The notes beneath the pieces were generated by a model. The model was not told where the DNA came from, searched no databases, and worked only from the letters and a program-made list of their open reading frames with translations. The translations under genes were made by a program, and so were the position numbers. Positions 1 through 11,100 of a DNA stretch of 64,000 nt are shown here, piece by piece (positions within the stretch are counted from its first letter, which is position 1; every line of letters starts with the position of its first letter). The stretch is from Eledone cirrhosa (Eukaryota): the NCBI GenBank assembly GCA_964016885.1, contig OZ024743.1, forward strand, positions 297,972,001-298,036,000. Direction: 5' to 3'.

Positions 1-291
1 CATATAGACAATATGCCCCCACACCCACCACTGCAAGGTGGTCGTGGAGGTGCCACGGCAAAAGAACACCCAGCCCACACTGTAAAGTGGACGTGTAGGC
101 GCCACGAAAAAGCACCGAGCACTCACTGTAAATGAGGTTGGTGTTAGGAAGGGCATCCAGCTGTAGAAATCAAGCCAAATCAGTTCCTGTATGAGCAAGG
201 CATGGTCAGCCGACCAGACACTGCTCACAACAGGACAACCCGTCTAACCCATGCTAGCGTGGAAGAACGGACGTAAAACGGTGATGATGAT
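1..291 (+). mobile_element. 3' UTR and (GAT)n tail of an RTE LINE (runs off the window start)
   Basis: Collinear with the 3' end of the RTE copy at ~36880-37181; ends ...cccatgctagcgtggaagaacggacgtaaaacggtgatgatgat, then (AT)n. Confidence 0.85.
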
Positions 292-407
292 ATATAATAT
301 ATATATATAATATATATAGATATATATATAAATATAATATATATATACATAATATATATAGATATATATATTATATATATATAGATATATAATATATATA
401 TATATAG

Positions 408-439
<32 letters not shown>

Positions 440-440
440 A

Positions 441-858
441 GTATTGAAATTTCCGTTGGAAACAGAAAAGGTCATAGAAATGAAGAGTGCTCTATGTAAG
501 TATCAGAGCAAAATTTAATGTATAAAAATCAATACAATATAATTACCTCATTACCAGAGGTTTCCCGAATGAGGCGAATACGAAATAAACGACTTCATTC
601 GTTCGTCAGACGAGGCAATATAAAACATGGGTAAATACTTAGAAAAACTCATCAAGAAAATCAAAAAAAGATATAGATAAATGAAATATTCATTTATCTA
701 TATCTTTTTTTGATTTTCTTGATGAGTTTTTCTAAGTATTTACCCATGTTTTATATTGCCTCGTCTGACGAACGAATGAAGTCGTTTATTTCGTATTCGC
801 CTCATTCGGGAAACCTCTGGTAATGAGGTAATTATATTGTATTGATTTTTATACATTA
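441..858. mobile_element. Asymmetric fold-back insertion (170-bp perfect inverted repeat), probable Penelope-like pLTR
   Basis: Arms 516-685 and 689-858 with a 3-nt loop, plus a unique extension 441-515. Flanked by (AT)n. Each arm carries a hammerhead core. Confidence 0.7.
755..832 (+). ncRNA. Minimal type I hammerhead ribozyme (mirror copy on minus strand 542-619)
   Basis: Stem I attgcctcgt(755-764)/atgaggtaat(823-832), 10 bp with 2 GU pairs. Core CTGACGA 765-771. Stem II cgaatga/tcattcg. GAAA 810-813. Short stem III ACC-tct-GGT. GUA cleavage triplet 820-822. The base of stem II is an A.G mismatch. Confidence 0.7.
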
Positions 859-865
859 TATATAT

Positions 866-900
<35 letters not shown>

Positions 901-1121
901 TCTTAGTGATCGACTTTCGTCAAATCGGACCGAGGAAACAATGTTTCCGTTGGTCTTTCCAATTACTAATACTATCTATCAGTCGCAACTCCAGGTAGAA
1001 GGAGCAACGTGAAAATAAAGTGTCTTGCTCAAGGACATAACGCATCGCGTGGTCCAGGAATCAAACTCACAACTTCACGATTGCGAATCCAATTCTCTAA
1101 CCACTCAGCCACACGCCTTCC
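901..1121 (-). mobile_element. tRNA-derived SINE with CORE-like domain
   Basis: Minus strand: A box tggctgagtgg, B-box-like gagtttgattcc, then tgtccttgagcaagacactt. A second decayed copy lies at 39751-39940. Confidence 0.75.
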
Positions 1122-1326
1122 TATATATATATATATATAATATATATATATAGAGAGATTTTGAGTATATGTTGGTTGTATACCAACACCTGAGTATGCA
1201 GGCTGGAGCACTCGACGAAGTGCACAGGTTGGTTTGGTTACTCCGGAGTAATGTTATATATATATATATATAATATATATATATATAATATATATATCTA
1301 ATATATATATATATATATATAATATA

Positions 1327-4300
1327 TTACAGATAGTTAGGTTATTTGCGTCACAGAATTCCAGGATTCTGGAGCCTTCCTCATTTCTAGTACCAAACCC
1401 ATAGCCTCCATGGATTTCGTCGTAGCCGTCACAATGTTGTCCAACGTGACCATTTAGGTCGCCTGCAATAATTATATAGTCACTGTCAGTTATTTTGGGA
1501 GGTAGTGAGCATCAGTGTCTCATAGAATCTGTCTTTTATAGTGCCGGGCAGTCCGGATTGGGGTGCGTACGCAGATATTACTGTCACCGTAGTTCTATTG
1601 AGGACAAGTCTTATTTTAATTATTCTGTCGTTCACTCTATTTACGTCTATTATCTTATCTGCCCACTTTTCTGCTACCATGATTCCTACTCCACCCAGCC
1701 CATCGTCATTTCCCACCCAGAAAAGCTTATAGCATCGGTTTTTTTTTCCCTCAATGAATCTAGCAGACCCACCCCTCCACCTGGTCTCTTGAATACAACA
1801 AACATCGACCTCCTTTTCAAAAAACGTGACAATCACCTGATCACCTATAGATCCGGGGAACACACAAGCCAGGTAGATTATATCCTTACCAAAAGACGTG
1901 ACAGAGTGTCTGTTGTAAACACTAAATCCCTCCCCCATGAAGAATGCACCTCCCAACATAGACTGATAATTAGCGACCTCATAGTCAGGACGAGACGTAC
2001 TCGACAGCAGAAGAGGACTATCCTCAGGAGAAAAATATGGAAGCTAAAGGACCCCACAGCCAGGAATAAATTTCAAAGCATATTACTTGATGCTTTCGAC
2101 AGTAAGGAAGAACATTTAGAGTCGGACAATATAGAGGGAGAGTGGGAATTTCTGAAAGCAAACCTGCTGTTGGCGACAGACGAAGTCTGTGGCTGGAGCA
2201 GGCCTGTAGGCAGGAGGAGAGTAACATGGTGGTGGAACAGTAAGGTGGAGGGGTCAATTAAGGCCAAAAAGCAGGCTTGGAAAGTATGGCGGGATGGGGG
2301 AAGTAGAGAGGACTATCAAGTGGCCAGGAGGGAAGCTAGGAGACAAGTGTACTTAGCAAGAAGGGAAGCTGAGGAAAGAAAGTTCAAGCATGTTCTACAA
2401 CGCGATGACCAAAAACGTGAGGTGTTCAGGATTGCTAGGCAATGCGTCAAGGAAAACCGTGATATTGTCGGGGAGAAGTGTGTACTAAACGACGATGGCA
2501 CACTTGCCATCACCGACGCTGATAAGAAGGTAGCTTGGAAGTGTCACTATGAAAGGCTACTAAATGAGGAGAATAAATGGGAGAAAGACAGTCTCCCCCA
2601 TATCGACCCAATAGAGGGACCAGCAGTGTTAGTCGAGGGGAGTATAATAAGTAAGGCAATCAAGGATATGAAGACGGGTAAGGCGGCTGGGCCTTCGGAA
2701 ATAGTTGCTGAGATGCTGAAGGCATCTGGCACGGTGGGACACACCATGGTCACCCGCATAGTTAACCAAGTCGTACAGAATGGGGTTGTTCCGAAGGACT
2801 GGCATAGCAGCATCATCGTTAACTGTTATAAGGGTAAAGGAGACGCCCTAGATTGGAGTAACTATAGAGGCATTAAATTAATCGACCAGGTCATGAAGGT
2901 CACGGAAAAAGTAATAGCACAACTAATCAGAGAGAGAATTGACCTAGATGAAATGCAGTTCGGGTTTGTGTCAGGCAAAAGTACCACAGACGCTCTTTTC
3001 ATAGTACGACAACTACAGGAGAAGTACCTAGCTAAAGGTAAACCCCTCTACTTAGCTTTTGTCGACTTGGAGAAAGCCTTCGACAGAGTCCCCCGCTCCA
3101 TTATCTGGTGGGCTCTTAGAAAACTAGGCGTTGACGAATGGCTTGTGAGGGCTATACAAGCCATGTATAAAGAAACAGTCAGCAAGGTTAGAATTAACAA
3201 CGAATATAGTGAAGAGTTTAGCGTAAAAGTTGGCGTCCATCAGGGCTCTGTTCTCAGCCCACTACTATTTATTATTGCCCTTCAGGCTATAACAGAGGAG
3301 TTCAAGACAGGCTGCCCATGGGAACTCCTATACGCAGACGACCTGACACTCATAGCGGAATCAATGGCCGAGCTAGAGAAGAAATTCCAAACATGGAAGC
3401 ACGGCCTAGAGTCAAAAGGACTTAAAATTAACCTGGCTAAGACCAAAGTACTAGTTTGTAGGAAAGAAAACAAGGCGGCGGTCCCTTCTGGGAAATGGTC
3501 GTGCGCGGTGTGTAGGAAAGGCGTAGGTAGAAACTCCATTTTATGTCCTAAATGCAAAGTATGGGTGCATAAAAGATGTAGTGGGATCACAGGTAAGCTA
3601 ACTAAGAACATAGATTTTACATGTGGCCGGTGCTCTGGTGCAATAAGTAGCAGCAAGTGCCCACAAAATACTAGCTCTTTCAATTGCGCAGAGGGTTCTA
3701 TAGAAATAGTGGACAGCTTCCGTTACCTGGGCGATAAAATCAGCAGTGGGGGAGGGTGCTCTGAAAGTACTGTAGCTAGAGTCAGAACTGGTTGGAAAAA
3801 GTTCAGAGAGCTTATACCACTATTAGCTGCTAAAGGGTTCTCACTAAAAATGAAAGGCAGGTTGTACGATGCCTGCATACGAACAGCAATGCTGCATGGC
3901 AGTGAGACCTGGGCATTGTGTGCAGAGGATATACGCAGACTAGAGAGGAACGAAGCTTGCATGCTCCGCTGGATGTGTAACAGTAATATACGTGAACGGC
4001 AAAGAATAAACGAACTAAGGAAAAAATTAGAGATAAGAGGGATCAGATGTTGTTTACTCGAGAGAAGGCTACGTTGGTATGGACACGTGATGCGCATGAA
4101 AGTCGATAGCTGTATAACAAAGTGCAGGGCAATAAAGATAGACGGTAGTCACGGAATAGGCAGACCTAGAAAAACCTGGGACGAGCTGATAAACTCCGAC
4201 ATCACACACTTACACCTCTCCAAGACAATGTCACTGGACCGAGACCTTTGGCGGTACTCAGTAACAGAGAAGACCCGCCATACCTAAATATATAGTAAAA

Positions 4301-4643
4301 CCTACTCCACACCACCCCCACCCCATCCACACCACCCCGTTCTATGTAAAGTTATGTTGGTGCCGCGCCATCCAGGCCGAAACAAATGAGATCGTGTAGG
4401 TGTCACGACAAAAAAAACACACAGTCCACGCTGTAATGTGGCCGTGTAGGCAACACGGTAAAAACCTCCCAGACCCACACTGTAAATGTGGTTGGTGTTA
4501 GGAAGGGCATCCAACTGTAGAAAACCTGCCAGACAGTCCTCTGCGAGCAAGACAATCACTCTTGCCTCAAGTGGGACTACCCCCGTCCAAACCCATGCAA
4601 GCGTGGAACACGGACGTTAAACGTTGATGATGATGATGATGAT
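1327..4643 (+). mobile_element. RTE LINE family A, 5'-truncated with 5' inversion
   Basis: 1327-1815 is the reverse complement of 8512-8996 of the intact copy; 1816 onward is collinear with 9004 onward; (GAT)n tail; (AT)n on both sides. Confidence 0.95.
1816..4287 (+). pseudogene. Open RT+PHD portion of the RTE ORF, lacking a correctly oriented endonuclease
   Basis: Motifs QFGF, FVDLEKAFD, GVHQGS, YADD, FRYLG. The first ~107 aa of track ORF 1495-4287 are antisense read-through of the inverted endonuclease segment. Confidence 0.9.
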
Positions 4644-4678
4644 ATATATAATATATATATATAATATATATATATATA

Positions 4679-4742
<64 letters not shown>

Positions 4743-4746
4743 TAAT

Positions 4747-4813
<67 letters not shown>

Positions 4814-4815
<2 letters not shown>

Positions 4816-5063
4816 CATCATCATCATCATCGTTTAACGTCCATGTTCCACGCTTGCATGGGTTTGGACGGGAGTTTTCCCACTTGAGGCAAGAGTGGTT
4901 GTCTTGCTCGCATAGGACTGTCTGGCGGGTTTTCTACATTTGGATGCCCTTCCTAACACCAACCACATTTACAGTGTGGGGCTGGGAGGTTTTTACCGTG
5001 TTGCCTACACGGCCACATTACAGCGTGGACTGTCTGGCGGGTTTTCTACAGCTGGATGCCCTT
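4814..5063 (-). mobile_element. RTE 3' UTR fragment (subtype with duplicated UTR module)
   Basis: (CAT)n at left; reverse complement of ~5595-5844, including the duplication junction. Confidence 0.9.
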
Positions 5064-5089
5064 ATAATATATATATATATAATATATAT

Positions 5090-5844
5090 ATAAGAGGGAT
5101 CAGATGTTGTTTACTCGAGAGAAGGCTACGTTGGTATGGTCACGTGATGCGCATGAAAGACGACAGCTGTATAACAAAGTGCAGGGCAATAAAGATAGAC
5201 GGTAGCCACGGAGTAGGCAGACCCAGAAAAACATGGGACGAGCTGATAAATTCCGACCTCACACACTTACACCTCTCCAAGACAATGTCACTGGACCGAG
5301 ACCTTTGGCGGTACTCAGTAATAGAGAAGACCCGCCTTACCTAAATATAAAGTAAAAACCTACTACAGTCAGTAGGCATCTCTATCAAAACACACCCCCG
5401 TCCCACCACCTCCACCCCATCCACACCGCCCCTTTCAATGTAAAGTTATGTTGGTCCCACAACATCCAGGCCGAAACAAATGAGATCGTGTAGGTGTCAC
5501 GACAAAAAACACACAGTCCACGCTGTAAATGTGGCCGTGTAGGCAACACGGTAAAAACCTCCCAGCCCCACACTGTAAATGTGGTTGGTGTTAGGAAGGG
5601 CATCCAGCTGTAGAAAACCCGCCAGACAGTCCACGCTGTAATGTGGCCGTGTAGGCAACACGGTAAAAACCTCCCAGCCCCACACTGTAAATGTGGTTGG
5701 TGTTAGGAAGGGCATCCAACTGTAGAAAACCCGCCAGACAGTCCTATGCGAGCAAGACAACCACTCTTGCCTCAAGTGGGAAAACCCCCGTCCAAACCCA
5801 TGCAAGCGTGGAACACGGACGCTAAACCTGATGATGATGATGAT
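5090..5844 (+). mobile_element. 5'-truncated RTE family A variant with a 113-bp tandem duplication in the 3' UTR
   Basis: Encodes IRGIRCCLLERRLRWYGHV...KTRLT*. The duplication is bounded by ACAGTCC at 5513, 5626 and 5738. Confidence 0.9.
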
Positions 5845-5893
5845 ATATATATATAATATATATATATATAATATATATATATATATAATATAC

Positions 5894-5934
<41 letters not shown>

Positions 5935-6010
5935 CATATATAATATATATAATATATATATAATATATATAATATATATATATAATATATAATATATATA
6001 TATAATATAT

Positions 6011-6132
6011 ATGCTTTGTAGCACAGAGTTACGCCCCTTTCTGATCTAAGTTCAAATCCTGCCGAGGTTAACTTTGCCTTTCATCCTTACGGGGTCGATA
6101 AAATAAAGTACCAGTGTGCCAAAAGTAGAAAC

Positions 6133-6137
<5 letters not shown>
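6011..6137 (+). mobile_element. tRNA-derived SINE, partial
   Basis: B box gttcaaatcc, body gcctttcatccttacggggtcgataaaataaagtaccag, tail gtagaaacaat. Confidence 0.85.
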
Positions 6138-6187
<50 letters not shown>

Positions 6188-6225
6188 AAACCATATCTAT
6201 TTTATTATACATATTTCAAGGACAT

Positions 6226-6603
6226 CATGTTAAATTATGGTATGCTTTCATCATATATATCAGTTTTATAAATAAATATTGACATACCCTTACAGAATGC
6301 AACCATTACTGTTGGAAGACTCCGGGAGTCTTCCAACAGTAATGGTTGCATTCTGTAAGGGTATGTCAATATTTATATTGGCAGTATCGGTAGAGGGTCG
6401 GATATGCTTTCCAGCATAGTTACGTCCCTTTACGATCTGAGTTCAAATACCGCCGAGGTTAACTTTGCCTTCATCCATACAGAGGTCGATAAAATTAAGT
6501 ACCAGTAATGTACTGGATAATTGCTGGCCTTGTGCCAAAAGTAGAAACAATATTTATTTATAAAACGGATATATATGATGAAAGCATACCATAATTTAAC
6601 ATG
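6226..6603. repeat. Palindrome (98-bp arms, 1-nt loop at 6324) interrupted by a SINE
   Basis: Left arm 6226-6323 pairs with 6325-6376 plus 6558-6603. Confidence 0.9.
6377..6550 (+). mobile_element. tRNA-derived SINE with 10-bp TSD
   Basis: TSD caatatttat at 6367-6376 and 6548-6557; A box tggcagtatcgg, B box gagttcaaatac. Confidence 0.9.
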
Positions 6604-6670
6604 TCCACGCTTGCATGGGTTTGGACGGGAGTTTTCCCACTTGAAGCAAGAGTGGTTGTCTTGCTCGCAT

Positions 6671-7723
<1,053 letters not shown>

Positions 7724-7910
7724 AATTGTTTCTACTTTAGGCACAAGGCCAGCAATTACCAGTGCATTACTGGTACTTTATTTTATCGACCCCGTAAGGA
7801 TGAAAGGCAAAGTCAACCTCGGCGGGATTTGAAATCAGATGGTAAAGGGACGTAACTATGCTGGAAAGCATGGCGTCCGACCCTCTACCGATACTGCCAA
7901 TCCACCGCCC
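7724..7910 (-). mobile_element. Full-length tRNA-derived SINE
   Basis: Reverse complement of the gggcggtggattggcagtatcgg...gtagaaacaat consensus seen at 22362-22550. Confidence 0.9.
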
Positions 7911-7944
7911 TTTATATATATAATATATATATATAATATATATA

Positions 7945-7996
<52 letters not shown>

Positions 7997-8106
7997 TATA
8001 TAATATATATATATATAATATATATATATAATATATATATATATAATATATATATATATAATATATATAATATATATATTATATATATATATAATATATA
8101 TATTAT

Positions 8107-8150
<44 letters not shown>

Positions 8151-8171
8151 ATATATAATATATATATTATT

Positions 8172-11100
8172 ACGCGGACCAATCAGAAACCAGAGGCCTA
8201 TACTATCGCTTGCCTGGTTGCCTTTCGATATATGATGGATGAATGGACTGCGGAATCCTGGAGAGTGGAGGTGAGAGAGAGAAAAATCTGGACGCTCAGC
8301 GACAATGCCAAAGATAAAGACAAATTCACCTCTTGGACGAGAATGCGAGCACTCCTCATTGTTTCGACCGCGGACGGCTAACATAACCCCATCGCCCCCC
8401 GCCCCTCACCGCCCCCAACCCCCAAACGCAATCCAAAACTTCAGAGTTGGTACCATAAATGTAGGCACCCTAAAGGGTCGCGCTAACGAGGTTGTAGAAA
8501 TGCTTGAACGTAAGGAGGTCGATGTTTGTTGTATTCAAGAGACCAGGTGGAGGGGTGGGTCTGCTAGGTTCATTGAGGGTAAAAAACGATGTTATAAGCT
8601 TTTCTGGGTGGGAAACGACGATGGGCTGGGTGGAGTAGGAATCATGGTAGCAGAAAAGTGGGCAGATAAGATAATAGACGTAAATAGAGTGAACGACAGA
8701 ATAATTAAAATACGACTTGTCCTCAATAGAACTACGGTGACAGTAATATCTGCGTACGCACCCCAATCCGGACTGCCCGGCACTATAAAAGACAGATTCT
8801 ATGAGACACTGATGCTAACTACCTCCCAAATATCCGACAGTGACTATATAATTATCGCAGGCGACCTAAATGGTCACGTTGGACAACATTGTGACGGCTA
8901 CGACGAAATCCATGGAGGCTATGGGTTTGGTACTAGAAATGAGGAAGGCTCCAGAATCCTGGAATTCTGTGATGCAAATAACCTAACTATCTGTAACACT
9001 AACTTCAAAAAACGTGACAATCACCTGATCACCTATAGATCCGGGGAACACACAAGCCAGGTAGATTATATCCTTACCAGAAGACGTGACAGAGTGTCTG
9101 TTGTTAACACTAAATCCCTCCCCCATGAAGAATGCACCTCCCAACATAGACTGATAATTAGCGACCTCATAGTCAGGACGAGACGTACTCGACAACAGAA
9201 GAGGACTATCCTCAGGAGGAAAATATGGAAGCTAAAGGACCCCACAGCCAGGAATAAATTTCAAAGCATATTACTTGATGCTTTCGACAGTAAGGAAGAA
9301 CATTTAGAGTCGGACAATATAGAGGGAGAGTGGGAATTTCTGAAAGCAAACCTGCTGTTGGCGACAGACGAAGTCTGTGGCTGGAGCAGGCCTGTAGGCA
9401 GGAGGAGAGTAACATGGTGGTGGAACAGTAAGGTGGAGGGGTCAATTAAGGCCAAAAAGCAGGCTTGGAAAGTATGGCGGGATGGGGGAAGTAGAGAGGA
9501 CTATCAAGTGGCCAGGCGGGAAGCTAGGAGACAAGTGTACTTAGCAAGAAGGGAAGCTGAGGAAAGAAAGTTCAAGCATGATCTACAACGCGATGACCAA
9601 AAACGTGAGGTGTTCAGGATTGCTAGGCAATGCGTCAAGGAAAACCGTGATATTGTCGGGGAGAAGTGTGTACTAAACGACGATGGCACACTTGCCATCA
9701 CCGACGCTGATAAGAAGGTAGCTTGGAAGTGTCACTATGAAAGGCTACTAAATGAGGAGAATAATTGGGAGAAAGGCAGTCTCCCCCATATCGACCCAAT
9801 AGAGGGACCAGCAGTGTTAGTCGAGGGGAGTATAATAAGTAAGGCAATCAAGGATATGAAGACGGGTAAGGCGGCTGGGCCTTCGAAAATAGTTGCTGAG
9901 ATGCTGAAGGCATCTGGCACGGTGGGACACACCATGGTCACCCGCATAGTTAACCAAGTCGTACAGAATGGGGTTGTTCCGAAGGACTGGCATAGCAGCA
10001 TCATCGTTAACTGTTATAAGGGTAAAGGAGACGCCCTAGATAGGAGTAACTATAGAGGCATTAAATTAATCGACCAGGTCATGAAGGTCACGGAAAAAGT
10101 AATAGCGCAACTAATCAGAGAGAGAATTGACCTAGATGAAATGCAGTTCGGGTTTGTGTCAGGCAAAAGTACCACAGACGCTCTTTTCATAGTACGACAA
10201 CTACAGGAGAAGTACCTAGCTAAAGGTAAACCCCTCTACTTAGCTTTTGTCGACTTGGAGAAAGCCTTCGACAGAGTCCCCCGCTCCATTATCTGGTGGG
10301 CTCTTAGAAAACTAGGCGTTGACGAATGGCTTGTGAGGGCTATACAAGCCATGTATAAAGAAACAGTCAGCAAGGTTAGAATTAACAACGAATATAGTGA
10401 AGAGTTTAGCGTAAAAGTTGGCGTCCATCAGGGCTCTGTTCTCAGCCCACTACTATTTATTATTGCCCTTCAGGCTATAACAGAGGAGTTCAAGACAGGC
10501 TGCCCATGGGAACTCCTATACGCAGACGACCTGACACTCATAGCGGAATCAATGGCCGAGCTAGAGAAGAAATTCCAAACATGGAAGCATGGCCTAGAGT
10601 CAAAAGGACTTAAAATTAACCTGGCTAAGACCAAAGTACTAGTTTGTAGGAAAGAAAACAAGGCGGCGGTCCCTTCTGGGAAATGGTCGTGCTCGGTGTG
10701 TAGGAAAGGCGTAGGTAGAAACTCCATTTTATGTCCTAAATGCAAAGTATGGGTGCATAAAAGATGTAGTGGGATCACAGGTAAGCTAACTAAGAACATA
10801 GATTTTACATGTGGCCGGTGCTCTGGTGCAATAAGTAGCAGCAAGTGCCCACAAACTACTAGCTCTTTCAATTGCGCAGAGGGTTCTATAGAAATAGTGG
10901 ACAGCTTCCGTTACCTGGGCGATAAAATCAGCAGTGGGGGAGGGTGCTCTGAAAGTACTGTAGCTAGAGTCAGAACTGGTTGGAAAAAGTTCAGAGAGCT
11001 TATACCACTATTAGCTGCTAAAGGGTTCTCACTAAAAATGAAAGGCAGGTTGTACGATGCCTGCATACGAACAGCAATGCTGCATGGCAGTGAGACCTGG

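Noticed and set aside
1495-1815. Novel N-terminal domain on the 930-aa ORF
   Set aside because: It is the antisense reading of the inverted endonuclease segment and starts at TTG.
2024-4097. Minus-strand ORFs over the RTE copies (also 8470-11285)
   Set aside because: Antisense shadows of the RT ORF, repeated only because the element is repeated.
8172-8304. HDV-like ribozyme in the RTE 5' UTR
   Set aside because: Known from other RTEs, but I could only find a simple stem (aaccag..gcctggtt), not the nested double pseudoknot; needs a motif search.
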